From Promethearchaeota archaeon (GTDB taxonomy: Archaea > Asgardarchaeota > Lokiarchaeia > Sigyniarchaeales > SOKP01): a stretch of 64,000 bases of DNA. Below, one piece after another: positions 9,326 through 19,674 of the stretch. Position 1 is the first letter of the stretch. Every line of letters starts with the position of its first letter. The notes under the pieces were generated by a model. That model ran no database searches. It was not told the DNA's origin and saw nothing but the letters and a program-made list of their open reading frames with translations. The DNA lies in assembly GCA_019894975.1 (NCBI GenBank), contig JAGXNO010000009.1:19644-83643 (forward strand), written 5' to 3'. The translations under genes were made by a program, and so were the position numbers.

Positions 9326-10195
9326 TCATCTTGGTTTTAAATTCTTGCATTCTTCCTTGTAGAGATCATAGGATTTTTCTTCAAATTCGGCAAATCTTTT
9401 TTCTCTGTTTAACAGAATATCAAAATCTACAATATGACCATTAACATCAGGACCCTCAACACAAGCAAAATGAATTTGGCCATCTTTTGCAGGAAACCGA
9501 CATCCGCCACACATTCCTGTACCATCTATCATTATAGTGTTTAAAGATACAAATGTTTCTACGCGAGGTAGATTTTCAGTCCCATCAGTTATGCTAACAA
9601 CATTTTTCATCATTATCATAGGACCAATTGCTATAACCAAACTTATTTTTTCTTTGCTAATTATATCTTTTAATGGTTCAGTTACAAAACCCTTTATTCC
9701 TTCGCTACCATCGTTAGTTGATATAATTATTTTATCACTTATACCCGCCATTTTTTCTCGCCAAAAAATTAGGTCTTTTGTCCGAGCCCCTAATATTGAG
9801 ATTATTTTATTCCCGACTTCTTTCAGTTCCTTCGCTTGCGGATAGCATGGTGCAATTCCAACACCGCCGCCAATTATGATTATTGGATGCTCATATTTTT
9901 TAATATGAATTCTATTTCCTAATGGTCCAACCACATCTAAGAGCTCATCACCTTCATTTTGATGAGAAAGTAATAATGTTGACTTCCCGACAATCTGTAC
10001 AACAATCGTGATTATACCAACTTCTCGATTATAATCTGCAATAGTTAACGGAATCCTTTCACCTGTTTCATTTATCCTAATCAAAATAAAATTCCCCGCA
10101 AACGCCTTTTTAGCTATCAATGGAGCATATATATCCATTTCAAATAATGTCCCACTGTTTCCAAGTTGAAGCTTTTTTATAATTTTATAGGGCAT
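9326..10195 (-). CDS. sudB: NfnA/SudB small subunit (FAD/NAD-binding, 2Fe-2S)
   Basis: GERIPLTIAD, GPLG, GGGVG, MIDGTGMCGGCR, ACVEGP. Confidence 0.9.
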   Translation of the reverse strand: MPYKIIKKLQLGNSGTLFEMDIYAPLIAKKAFAGNFILIRINETGERIPLTIADYNREVGIITIVVQIVGKSTLLLSHQNEGDELLDVVGPLGNRIHIKKYEHPIIIIGGGVGIAPCYPQAKELKEVGNKIISILGARTKDLIFWREKMAGISDKIIISTNDGSEGIKGFVTEPLKDIISKEKISLVIAIGPMIMMKNVVSITDGTENLPRVETFVSLNTIMIDGTGMCGGCRFPAKDGQIHFACVEGPDVNGHIVDFDILLNREKRFAEFEEKSYDLYKEECKNLKPR

Positions 10196-10356
10196 AGCAG
10201 TTCATCGTAGTTTTAAAAATTTGTTTTAACACGTCTTATATAAAGTTTTGAATTAAAAAAAAGTCACTAGGTTAGTGAAAAAGTTAATTTTCTAAAATAC
10301 CTTTTTAATATTAATTTTAATACATTTTCGATTTACTTGATATAATTTAATCAACT

Positions 10357-11916
10357 ATGGATATTATAATCGTACTAGATTTTGGTGGGCAATATACTCA
10401 TTTAATTACTCGCCGAATTCGGGATTTAGGAGTATATTCTGAAATTTTACCTTTTGATGTAGATCTTGAATATTTAAAAAAAAAGGAACCTAAAGCTATT
10501 ATACTTTCAGGTGGTCCTGGTAGTGTTTATGAGCAAAAAGCCCCGAGATTAAAGAAAGGATTTCTTCAATATACTACTGAAAATAAAATTCCTGTTTTAG
10601 GAATTTGCTATGGTCATCATTTAATTATGCAAATGTCAGGAGGGAAAGTTGAATCTAAAGAAAAAAAGGAATACGGGAAAACGGATCTTACGATCATCGA
10701 CCCAAACTTACTTTTCGATTCACTAGAGAAAGAACAAATAGTATGGATGTCTCATGGAGATCAGATCACCGAGATTGCTAAAGGATTTAAACCTCTTGCG
10801 AATACTGAAACATGTCAGGTTGCAGCTTTCGGAAATCAACAAAATTTATTATATGGGGTTCAGTTTCATCCAGAAGTTACAAATACTCCAAATGGTAATA
10901 AAGTACTAGAGAATTTCATATACAAAATTTGCGAATGTAAAAAAGAATGGAAATTAGAAGGGTGGATTGATAAACAAGTTGAAGAAATAAGAAAAGAGAT
11001 TGGTACGGATAATCGAGTTGTTTTGGGATTAAGCGGTGGAGTCGATTCCTCTGTTACTGCTGCTCTTCTCCATAAAGCAATAGGAGATAGATTACATTGT
11101 ATATTTGTTAACAATGGGCTTTTAAGAAAGAATGAAGAAAATGAAGTTCAGGAAATGTTCAAGGAGAATTTGAAATATAGCAATTTTCATTATGTCAATG
11201 CTGAAGACCTATTTCTAAAAAGACTTTTGAATATTGAAGATCCAGAAGAAAAACGTCGCATTATAGGTCATACTTTTATAGAAGTATTTGAAAATAAAAC
11301 AATTGAGTTAGAAAAGGAACATCCAGATATTAAGTACCTTGCACAAGGAACTATTTATTCAGATCGCGTTGAAACAAGTGCTACAAGTAAAGTTTCAGCA
11401 AAAATTAAATCTCACCACAATCTTACTTTACCAGATGACATGAAATTAAAGATTATAGAACCTCTTAAGAATTTGTACAAAGATGAAGTTAGAAAAATTG
11501 GATTAGAATTAGGTCTACCAGATGACATTGTAAAAAGGCATCCATTTCCCGGGCCAGGACTAGCAGTCAGAATATTAGGCCCTATAGATAAAGAAAAATT
11601 AACGATTTTGAGAGATGCTGATGAGATTTTAATTAATGAGATTAAGAAAGCAAAAATATATGATCGTTTATGGATGGTTTTTTGTGTCTTTCTTCCCTTG
11701 AAAACAGTAGGAATAATGGGTGATTTTCGCACTTATGAGTATATATGTTCCATAAGAATAGTGGAATCTACTGATGTTATGACTGCAAATTTTGCTAAAT
11801 TAGATTGGGATTTGTTAGAGAGAATAAGCTCTAGGATCATTAATGAAGTTAAGGGTTTAAATCGTGTTGTTTACGATATAACTAATAAACCTCCGGGAAC
11901 GATTGAGTATGAATAG
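10357..11916 (+). CDS. guaA: GMP synthase (glutamine-hydrolysing), single-chain
   Basis: LDFGGQY, LGICYG, QFHPEV, LSGGVDS, RHPFPGPGL, KPPGTIEYE. Confidence 0.97.
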   Translation: MDIIIVLDFGGQYTHLITRRIRDLGVYSEILPFDVDLEYLKKKEPKAIILSGGPGSVYEQKAPRLKKGFLQYTTENKIPVLGICYGHHLIMQMSGGKVESKEKKEYGKTDLTIIDPNLLFDSLEKEQIVWMSHGDQITEIAKGFKPLANTETCQVAAFGNQQNLLYGVQFHPEVTNTPNGNKVLENFIYKICECKKEWKLEGWIDKQVEEIRKEIGTDNRVVLGLSGGVDSSVTAALLHKAIGDRLHCIFVNNGLLRKNEENEVQEMFKENLKYSNFHYVNAEDLFLKRLLNIEDPEEKRRIIGHTFIEVFENKTIELEKEHPDIKYLAQGTIYSDRVETSATSKVSAKIKSHHNLTLPDDMKLKIIEPLKNLYKDEVRKIGLELGLPDDIVKRHPFPGPGLAVRILGPIDKEKLTILRDADEILINEIKKAKIYDRLWMVFCVFLPLKTVGIMGDFRTYEYICSIRIVESTDVMTANFAKLDWDLLERISSRIINEVKGLNRVVYDITNKPPGTIEYE

Positions 11917-11935
11917 TGTAATGAGTTTCTGAAAC

Positions 11936-12631
11936 TCAATCAATTATCCTTGATTTTTCTTGCCTATATGCCCCATATCCATGTATAAAAAGACATATTG
12001 CAAAAGTATATAATACAATTTTTTGACCTGTTACCTGAAACACCAATCCAAGTGAGGTTTCAATGCTAGGACCTAAGAATATTAATCCAAGATATATTGC
12101 TAGAATTATTGTAAAGAATAGAAAGTTAAAGGCATAGCGTTTTTCATATGAATTTTTACGGAAAATTGCAAGGGAATAAAAAAATGAAACTATAAATCCT
12201 GAGACAAATCCCCCGTAAACAAAAAAAGAGTGTGCTTCTATGTGTATATCTGAAGGCGCAAAAGTTATACCTATAAAACAAAATGATGTAAATAAACCAA
12301 GAAGTGACCCAGAAGCACCGAATCCCCAATTGACAGATTTTTTACTAAAGAAAGATGGAAAAGCTAGAAACATCGGTATTAACATTATACCAACTAAAAA
12401 GAAAGCTAGACTAAAGAACACAAAAGAAATTATATTTGATTCTCCGGAATGTGAAATTGTCCGCCCGATATCACTAAAAAAATTCATAAAAAAGGAATAT
12501 CCTTCACTAGAGGGATTACTGTAGGTACCTCCAGTATAAAAAAGCATCCCAAAAAAAGTAAACAATATGAATAGAACACAACCTATCATATTTGTAATAA
12601 ATGCCCAGATTTTCCAATTTTTAAAATTCAA
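11936..12631 (-). CDS. Membrane protein, DUF998-like
   Basis: About 6 TM. YSFFMNFFSDIG motif. Confidence 0.65.
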   Translation of the reverse strand: MNFKNWKIWAFITNMIGCVLFILFTFFGMLFYTGGTYSNPSSEGYSFFMNFFSDIGRTISHSGESNIISFVFFSLAFFLVGIMLIPMFLAFPSFFSKKSVNWGFGASGSLLGLFTSFCFIGITFAPSDIHIEAHSFFVYGGFVSGFIVSFFYSLAIFRKNSYEKRYAFNFLFFTIILAIYLGLIFLGPSIETSLGLVFQVTGQKIVLYTFAICLFIHGYGAYRQEKSRIID

Positions 12632-12763
12632 TTTTGCTTCTCCGTAATACCTAATTTAAACCATAATATTTTTAATATCTTTATAAAAATCATGGATTCA
12701 AGAATGAAAACAAAACTATGGTAAAGGTTTTTAAATTTTCCAATTTTAAACGTCTTGATTATA

Positions 12764-14557
12764 ATGACTGAAAATGAAATCGCATGGGATTTGACTGAAA
12801 TTTTCTCTGGTCATGATGACCCAAAAATAACAGAAAGGATGGATAATCTTTCCAAGAAAGCTATTGAATTTATAAATGATTATAAAGGGCAAATCAATTC
12901 ATCAAAATTTACCGCTGAGAAGTTATTGGGTTTATTTAAAAAGCGAGAAGACTTCAGTGCTGAAATCGGTGAATTAAGTCTTTATAAGAACAGGTTATAC
13001 AGTGCTAATATGACTATTTCAGAAAGTGAAGCTTTAAAGAATCGTATTGAAGATTTTAGTACTAAATTATCGAAAGATCTAGCATTTCTAGACTTAGATA
13101 TTGCGAAATATGTAAATGATAATAAAAGCCTAATCAATGACCCAAATTTCTCTAATTATAAACACATTTTGGAGAAGATCCAAAGAGCATATCCTCATAA
13201 TTTATCTGAAATAGAGGAACAATTAATTTTAGAAAAAGATCAATATGGAGTCAGAGCATGGAGTAATTTGCAATCTAAATGGTTGAATACAAGAAAAATA
13301 ATTGTTATTGTTGAAGGTCAAGATCAGGAATTATCATATGGAGAAGCAAATGCTTTACTCACTCATCCTGATCGTGATACCAGAATTTCGGCAAATAAAT
13401 CAATATATGGACTGTTAGGAAAAGAAGAATGTGTCTTTTCTTCCTCTTTAAGAAGTGTTTGTGGAGATTGGGTAAACAATTCTAAAAGACGAAAATATGA
13501 CAGCCCGATGCATGATAGTTTACTGGTAAATGATACAACTCAGGAAATAATCGATAACTTAATGAATTCGATTGAAAATGGAGTTGGGGTATATCGTAAA
13601 TATTTAGATATCAAAGCCAAAATTTTAAAGCTCCCCAAGTTGAATTGTGCTGATGTTAAAGCACCACTTCCTATAGCACCACATAAGAATTACTCATGGG
13701 AACAAGCTAAAGAGTTAGCAATCCAAGCTTACGATAAATTTGACCCAGAATTCAGTGATATTGTAAAAGATATGTTTAATCGAAATCATATTGATGCAAG
13801 CCCTAGAGATGGTAAAAGAAATGGAGCAAATTGCGCAGCATGGTATAAAGGTAAATCTGCTTATATTCTTATGACCTATACTGGAGAATTAAATGAAATC
13901 TTTACCCTAATCCATGAACTAGGCCACGCGATACATGACTATTTAGCTATTGAAGCCCAAACTCACTCAAATTTTCATCCAGGATATACTGTTGCTGAAG
14001 TTGCATCCACCTTTGGGGAATTATTAGTAACTGATCTTCTCCTTGAAACGTCAGAATCTAAAGAAGAGAAAATGGGGATTTTAGCTCACGTTTTAGATGA
14101 TGCAGGACAAGCAGCTTTTCAAGTTAGCGCAAGAGTTTGGTTTGAACAAGATTTATATAAAGCTATTGAAAACGGGGAAAACTTGGATGGTGAAACGATT
14201 TCTAAATATTGGTGTGCTGGTAGGGATAAAATGTATGGAGATTCAGTTGAATGGTTTGATGAAATGAATTGGGAGTGGACAATGAAACCTCATTATTATA
14301 TTCCAAATTTTCGTTTCTATAATTATCCATATGTCTATGCTCAACTATTTGTATATGCTCTTTATCAAACATATAAAGAAGAAGGTAAAGATTTTGTTCC
14401 TAAATTTAAGAAGCTTCTTGCTGCTGGAGGTAGTGTTTCTCCAGAAGAACTCGGGAATATTGTTGGATTAGATATTACAAAACAAGATTTCTGGGATTTA
14501 GGAATAAAACAATATGAAGATTTTACTAATCAATTAGAATCGCTTTCTAAAAAATAA
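12764..14557 (+). CDS. pepF: Oligoendopeptidase F (M3B metallopeptidase)
   Basis: WDLTEIF N-terminus, TLIHELGHAIH, AEVASTFGE, HYY...FYNYPY. Confidence 0.92.
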   Translation: MTENEIAWDLTEIFSGHDDPKITERMDNLSKKAIEFINDYKGQINSSKFTAEKLLGLFKKREDFSAEIGELSLYKNRLYSANMTISESEALKNRIEDFSTKLSKDLAFLDLDIAKYVNDNKSLINDPNFSNYKHILEKIQRAYPHNLSEIEEQLILEKDQYGVRAWSNLQSKWLNTRKIIVIVEGQDQELSYGEANALLTHPDRDTRISANKSIYGLLGKEECVFSSSLRSVCGDWVNNSKRRKYDSPMHDSLLVNDTTQEIIDNLMNSIENGVGVYRKYLDIKAKILKLPKLNCADVKAPLPIAPHKNYSWEQAKELAIQAYDKFDPEFSDIVKDMFNRNHIDASPRDGKRNGANCAAWYKGKSAYILMTYTGELNEIFTLIHELGHAIHDYLAIEAQTHSNFHPGYTVAEVASTFGELLVTDLLLETSESKEEKMGILAHVLDDAGQAAFQVSARVWFEQDLYKAIENGENLDGETISKYWCAGRDKMYGDSVEWFDEMNWEWTMKPHYYIPNFRFYNYPYVYAQLFVYALYQTYKEEGKDFVPKFKKLLAAGGSVSPEELGNIVGLDITKQDFWDLGIKQYEDFTNQLESLSKK

Positions 14558-14619
14558 CTAATTTTACTGGTTTTCAATAAATTTTGTTTTTTTATTTTAT
14601 ATAAAAGAGAAATAGGAAT

Positions 14620-16266
14620 TTAATAATTCCCGGAATAAATTTCGTTTTTAACTAGCTCAAAATCAATTGATTCCTGAGAACTGATACCAAGATTCCATTT
14701 TGAACAAACTTCTTGAGCTCTTTGAGATATGTAAGCAATGTCTTGACGATCAAGAAGGTCTAATTTGAATTTTCGTACTCCTGCAAGTAGCTGTTTTAAT
14801 CCTGTTCCCAATTTGCTCGCAAAATAGGTATACACACCAACAGCTGATGGTGGGATATACTTACCATTGTAGATTCGATGTAAATTATCATATTCAACAA
14901 ATGATTCACGTATGGTCAGACTTTTTGGATCTTTATCCTTAGGAAATCCTAGATTTTTTAACATTGCCGGAGTTGCTTCCTTATTTTCTATAACTTCTCC
15001 AACATATTTTCCCTTCATAGCAGCGGTTATTGGTGCTCTTGCCATTGCTATACAGTTTACATATGGAGCACCCATTGCTAAAGCCTTGAACATTTGGGTC
15101 TCATTCGCTATACCTCCTGCTATTGCAATGCTAGGAATTTTTGTACTTGGACATTTCTTCTTGATCATATCAATACATCCAACTACTAACGCTTCTAAAT
15201 AGACTGTTGGAATTGAACCTTCATTCATCATGCTTACTGGGCTCATCCCGGTACCACCACCAGCACCATCAAAGGTCATTCCGTCTACTTTTCCTTCGAT
15301 CCCTAATCTTGTAAGCCAAGCTGTTGCTGCTGGCCTATATGCTCCAGTTTTGATGAAAATATTTTTGGCTCCACTTGCCCGAGTTTTATCAATTTCCTCT
15401 AAAACATCTTCTGTAGAAGATAGCCCTACTCTACTATGTCTCTCAAAATCAGGGATCAATCCCGCCTTCCATTCATCAATGATAAAAGGATCTGATGGAT
15501 CTGGGAACACTAAATACCCTCTTTTTTGTAATAATTGAGCACGCTCTAAAGATTCTAATCTCACTTCTCCCCCTATAGCTTTTGCACCTTGACCAAATTT
15601 AATTTCAAGGGAATTAACTTCTAACTTAGACATGACATAGTCAAACACACCCAATCTTGTATCTTCAACATTTTTTTGAACAATAATATCACCATGCTTA
15701 CCATCCCAAAACTCCCTAAATAATCTAACACGATTCTTCATATCTTCAGTGTCAATAACTTGAGGAAAAACAGAATGATTAGCGAATTTCGAATTAGGAT
15801 CCATTCCAACTACATTCTCGCCCACAGTAATACTGATACCTGATAGTGCCGCACCCATGGCTAAGCCATCCCAATTTCTCTTTGCTACATTGGTGCTTCC
15901 TAATCCTGCAATTACAATTGGATATTTTTGATCGATATTTCCCCATTTAGTTCCGATATTAACATTTGGGAAAATAACTTTATCTTCGTGAGCTTCAATA
16001 CCCTGAGCTCCCCGACATTCAAATTGGATCTGAAAATCGCTGTAAGAAAGCCCAAAATCCTTTGGAGATCCTGCTGTAGAATTACCAAAATATTCTCTTC
16101 GCGGGTATAACACCTCACGACCTCTCAGTGCTGATTTTGAAACTTCACAAAAAACTGGACAATCAGCAACACATATCGGGCACAAACCAGATTCACAAGA
16201 ATCCTCAACCCTTGTTCTCGACCCGATCATTGACATATTATGGGTGTCCATTGAAAATTTTGTCAT
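14620..16266 (-). CDS. FMN-binding glutamate synthase family protein (stand-alone GltB FMN domain) with N-terminal Cys cluster
   Basis: SGLCPICVADCPVFCE, EIKFGQGAKAIGGE, IKTGAY, DGAGGGTG, FKALAMGA. Confidence 0.88.
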   Translation of the reverse strand: MTKFSMDTHNMSMIGSRTRVEDSCESGLCPICVADCPVFCEVSKSALRGREVLYPRREYFGNSTAGSPKDFGLSYSDFQIQFECRGAQGIEAHEDKVIFPNVNIGTKWGNIDQKYPIVIAGLGSTNVAKRNWDGLAMGAALSGISITVGENVVGMDPNSKFANHSVFPQVIDTEDMKNRVRLFREFWDGKHGDIIVQKNVEDTRLGVFDYVMSKLEVNSLEIKFGQGAKAIGGEVRLESLERAQLLQKRGYLVFPDPSDPFIIDEWKAGLIPDFERHSRVGLSSTEDVLEEIDKTRASGAKNIFIKTGAYRPAATAWLTRLGIEGKVDGMTFDGAGGGTGMSPVSMMNEGSIPTVYLEALVVGCIDMIKKKCPSTKIPSIAIAGGIANETQMFKALAMGAPYVNCIAMARAPITAAMKGKYVGEVIENKEATPAMLKNLGFPKDKDPKSLTIRESFVEYDNLHRIYNGKYIPPSAVGVYTYFASKLGTGLKQLLAGVRKFKLDLLDRQDIAYISQRAQEVCSKWNLGISSQESIDFELVKNEIYSGNY

Positions 16267-16304
16267 ATTTTTCTCATCTTTTTATTATTTTGATTTTTAA
16301 ATTT

Positions 16305-16829
16305 TTATTCAAACTTTAAAAGGTAATTCAATTTCCTTTCAGTATTTTGGACATTGTTAAATTTAATGGAGGAAAAAATATTCCATTCATAATTTTCTTT
16401 CTCGAGTTTTTCTCTATGGGGTGTATCTTTTATAATTGTCTCAACAGTATGTAAATCAGATGCCAATAACTCTATGCAAGCCATCACAGTATTACAATTC
16501 CATCTATACGTTCTTTGTACAGGTTCGAAAATCTTTCCAAATGGTACTGATGTGCCCTCACATGTATGGCATATAGTCCGACCATATGAATATTCTTCTC
16601 CACACTTAGGACATTCAATCAGCTTTAATCCCGGTTCATTACACTTACCTAAATTACTCCCAAACGGTAAAGCATTCTGTTCTAAGAAATTATCACATCT
16701 CCATCTGTGATCATTTCTATCCTGAGAGTTTAATCCACTGCTAATAGCTTTTTCTTCACAGCTACGGCAAATCTTCCTGTCGTGTAAGTATTCCTTTCCA
16801 CAAAATTGACATTTTAATGACATTTTCAT
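16305..16829 (-). CDS. Hypothetical protein with two repeated Zn-ribbon units
   Basis: CQFCGKEYLHDRKICRSCE...RWRC and CPKCGEEYSYGRTICHTCE...RWNC. Confidence 0.75.
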   Translation of the reverse strand: MKMSLKCQFCGKEYLHDRKICRSCEEKAISSGLNSQDRNDHRWRCDNFLEQNALPFGSNLGKCNEPGLKLIECPKCGEEYSYGRTICHTCEGTSVPFGKIFEPVQRTYRWNCNTVMACIELLASDLHTVETIIKDTPHREKLEKENYEWNIFSSIKFNNVQNTERKLNYLLKFE

Positions 16830-16842
16830 TCACGCTCTTTTT

Positions 16843-17070
16843 TTAATTTTCTTCTCTTGCGACTTCATATAACCGGGGTCTTGTGTTATAATAGATTTGT
16901 AACTTGTCAGGCATAGTTTTTTTAATTCGTTTAATCACTGTCGTGACTCCATTACGATTTTCTCCATAACCCATTGCCCTAGCCCATTCTGCTGCAGAAC
17001 ATCTTCCAATTTCTTTCAATTTTTCCAAGCAAATTTCTTCCCATGTTCGAAAATACTCTTGAACTGTTAT
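16843..17070 (-). CDS. Small winged-helix-like DNA-binding protein; start probably ATA at 17070
   Basis: AGGAGGT SD 7 nt before ATA gives MTVQEYFRTWEEICLEKLKEIGRCSAAEWARAMGY. Helix-turn-helix-like pattern with a C-terminal wing (IYYNTRPRLYEV). Confidence 0.65.
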   Translation of the reverse strand: MTVQEYFRTWEEICLEKLKEIGRCSAAEWARAMGYGENRNGVTTVIKRIKKTMPDKLQIYYNTRPRLYEVAREEN

Positions 17071-17538
17071 TTTTAAAACCTCCTTTTAAAAAATTTTTTT
17101 TTTAAGCCTCTTATTTTATTCTATTTTTATATTGGTGGGAACTTCTTCCCGTGTTTTTGTTATATTAAAATAGGGATATCAGATATTTAAACTTTCTTCT
17201 AGTTTTTTTTGATTTCTCTAAAAGAAATACGGAAAATATTGCGAATCATTGAACAGATTATAGATATTTCAGAAGTCAATTGAAAACATTTTAGTTCAAA
17301 TTTACTTCTATTTAAAATTTACTATGCCCCATTGAACAATTTTTACTAAAATTTCCTCATTTTCGACAAAAATTTTAATTTATTTGATTGAAAATTGAAG
17401 ATGTTTTTGATATAAGTGTCATATATTGAATCACGTTCAGGTTTCTACTAATATTTTTTGCCAAAGAATGAACAAAACCTATAATTTAAACTCACTTTAT
17501 TGAAAGAATTTTAAGTACTTTGAAGATATAAAATTTTA

Positions 17539-18033
17539 TTACTTATTTTTACCCTCTTCGTTTTCAATCAAGTCAACTAAAGAGCTATTATCTTTAATTA
17601 TATTCAAAACGATATGAGTGTTAGTTCTTTCTACATAGGGTGAAGTATGAATATCTTTAATCATTTTACTCAGATTTTCTCTATTTTTAAATCTTGCTAA
17701 AATAAGTGCGTCGTAAGTTCCTGTAATATCATACACACCAAAAATATTAGGGATCTGAGCAATTTCATTTTCGACATCGAGCATTTTCCCTTTCGAAATT
17801 GTTAGTTCAATAATGGCGATGATATTATAACCTAATTTTTCATAATCAATTTGAACCCCATAATTCTTAATAACGTCATTTTCCTCTAATTTTTGAACAT
17901 GTTTGATTATAGTATTTGGCGAACGATTTAATTCTTCAGCAATGCTACTTTTATTTTTACGTCCATCAAGGCTCAATGCTTTTAAAATTTCAATATCTAA
18001 TTCTTCAATCTTGGTATCTTTTGTAGAATTCAT
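17539..18033 (-). CDS. Lrp/AsnC family transcriptional regulator, divergent from glnA
   Basis: LDIEILKALSLDGR..SSIAEEL, IDYEKLGY, YDITGTYD. Confidence 0.93.
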   Translation of the reverse strand: MNSTKDTKIEELDIEILKALSLDGRKNKSSIAEELNRSPNTIIKHVQKLEENDVIKNYGVQIDYEKLGYNIIAIIELTISKGKMLDVENEIAQIPNIFGVYDITGTYDALILARFKNRENLSKMIKDIHTSPYVERTNTHIVLNIIKDNSSLVDLIENEEGKNK

Positions 18034-18208
18034 CTAGTAATAATGTATTTTAATTATTAATAAACATGACGGATTTTTTTCATTCCCCGACAAAAACAAT
18101 TGCATTAATTTCAGAAATGTCCTCATTATCTGAAAAAGATCGAATGATTTTTAAGTATAATTGCATTTATCTAGATTATAAAAACCACGAATAAAAAAAA
18201 TACTAAAG

Positions 18209-19558
18209 ATGATTGAAAAAGGAAATCCCAAAAGAAAAGAGCTGTGTAATACTGCATTAAATGCAATTAAAGAGCAAGATATTAAGTTTATTTATCTACA
18301 GTTCACGGATATTCATGGAATCATAAAGAGTTTTGAAGTAAACTCAAGAAGGATTGAGGAGATCTTTGAGTTAGGAGAAAGCTTTGATGGAAGTTCTATC
18401 ACAGGTTATGGCGCAATTGAGGAATCTGATAAAGTAGCACTCCCTGATCCTAGCACGTTCTATCTATTACCGTGGCGAAAAGAGAATAAAGTTGCAAGAG
18501 TAATATGTGATGTTTATGGACCTGATGGAGAACGATATGAAGGAGATCCGCGTTATATCTTACAACGAGCAGTAAAAAAGGCAGAAGAGAACGGTTTTAC
18601 GTTTTTATGTGCTCCCGAAATGGAATTTTTTATATTAACTCCAGATACAAAGGAAGCATTTAAGCCATCAGATATGAGGGGGTATTTCGATTATGATCCT
18701 TATGATATTAGTGAAATGATAAGATATAGAATTGCAGATTATTGTGATAAGATGGGAATAAATGTAGAATGTATTCATCATGAAGTTGCTTTTGGCCAAC
18801 ATGAAATAGATTTTCGTTATGATAAAGCCGTAACTGCCGCCGATAGTGCAATAACTATAAAAACAATTGTTAAAACAGTTGCTGCTAATCAAAATCTTAT
18901 TGGAACGTTTATGGCTAAGCCTTTTCATGGAATAAATGGATCTGGTATGCATGTGCATCAATCATTATGGAGGAATGGAAGTAATGTATTTTATGATGAA
19001 AATGATAGAGATAATATTTCAGATACAATGAAAAAATGGATTGCTGGACAACTGAAGCATGCAAAAGCTATGTGTGCGGTTTTAAGCAGTTGGCCAAATT
19101 CCTATAAAAGGTTAGTTCCAGGGTATGAAGCACCTGTGTATTTAGCGTGGGGTTTTAGAAATAGATCACCTTTGATTAGGGTTCCCGATTTTGGCGGAAG
19201 GCCTAATGCGGCAAGGTGTGAAATTCGATGTCCTGATCCTTCTGGAAATCCATATCTTCAATTCGCCGTCCTTCTCACAGCAGGATTAGAGGGAATATTA
19301 TCGGATGATATCGAAATTTCTGAACCAACTGATAGAAACGTATATCATCTTACTTCTAAGGAAATGGAAAAAGAAGGAATTGAGTCTTTACCAGGAAGCT
19401 TACATGAAGCACTAATAGAATTTAAAAATTCTGAATTAATGAGAGAAGTATTCGGGGAAGATGCTTTTAAAAACTACTATTATGCCAAGCTTGAAGAATA
19501 CGATGCCTATCGCGTTGTTGTAAGTGAATGGGAAAGAAATCGGTATATTAGATTATAA
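18209..19558 (+). CDS. glnA: Glutamine synthetase type I
   Basis: LQFTDIHG, FDGSSI, HHEVAFGQHEI, KPFHGINGSGMH, NSYKRLVPGYEAP, EIRCPDP. Confidence 0.96.
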   Translation: MIEKGNPKRKELCNTALNAIKEQDIKFIYLQFTDIHGIIKSFEVNSRRIEEIFELGESFDGSSITGYGAIEESDKVALPDPSTFYLLPWRKENKVARVICDVYGPDGERYEGDPRYILQRAVKKAEENGFTFLCAPEMEFFILTPDTKEAFKPSDMRGYFDYDPYDISEMIRYRIADYCDKMGINVECIHHEVAFGQHEIDFRYDKAVTAADSAITIKTIVKTVAANQNLIGTFMAKPFHGINGSGMHVHQSLWRNGSNVFYDENDRDNISDTMKKWIAGQLKHAKAMCAVLSSWPNSYKRLVPGYEAPVYLAWGFRNRSPLIRVPDFGGRPNAARCEIRCPDPSGNPYLQFAVLLTAGLEGILSDDIEISEPTDRNVYHLTSKEMEKEGIESLPGSLHEALIEFKNSELMREVFGEDAFKNYYYAKLEEYDAYRVVVSEWERNRYIRL

Positions 19559-19674
19559 TAGTTCAAACTTTTTTTTTCTTTTCTTATTTGGTAATTTCAT
19601 CGTCTAGTAAATGTTTAAATAGTACCTCGACATAATATAAATTTGATAAAATTCCAAATTAAAGGTGAGAAGTT

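Noticed and set aside
17137-17150. GGGAA-CTTC-TTCCC palindrome as an NrpR operator
   Set aside because: The spacing is GGAA-N4-TTCC rather than the N6 of NrpR boxes, and no matching box was seen before glnA. It may be a small leader hairpin.
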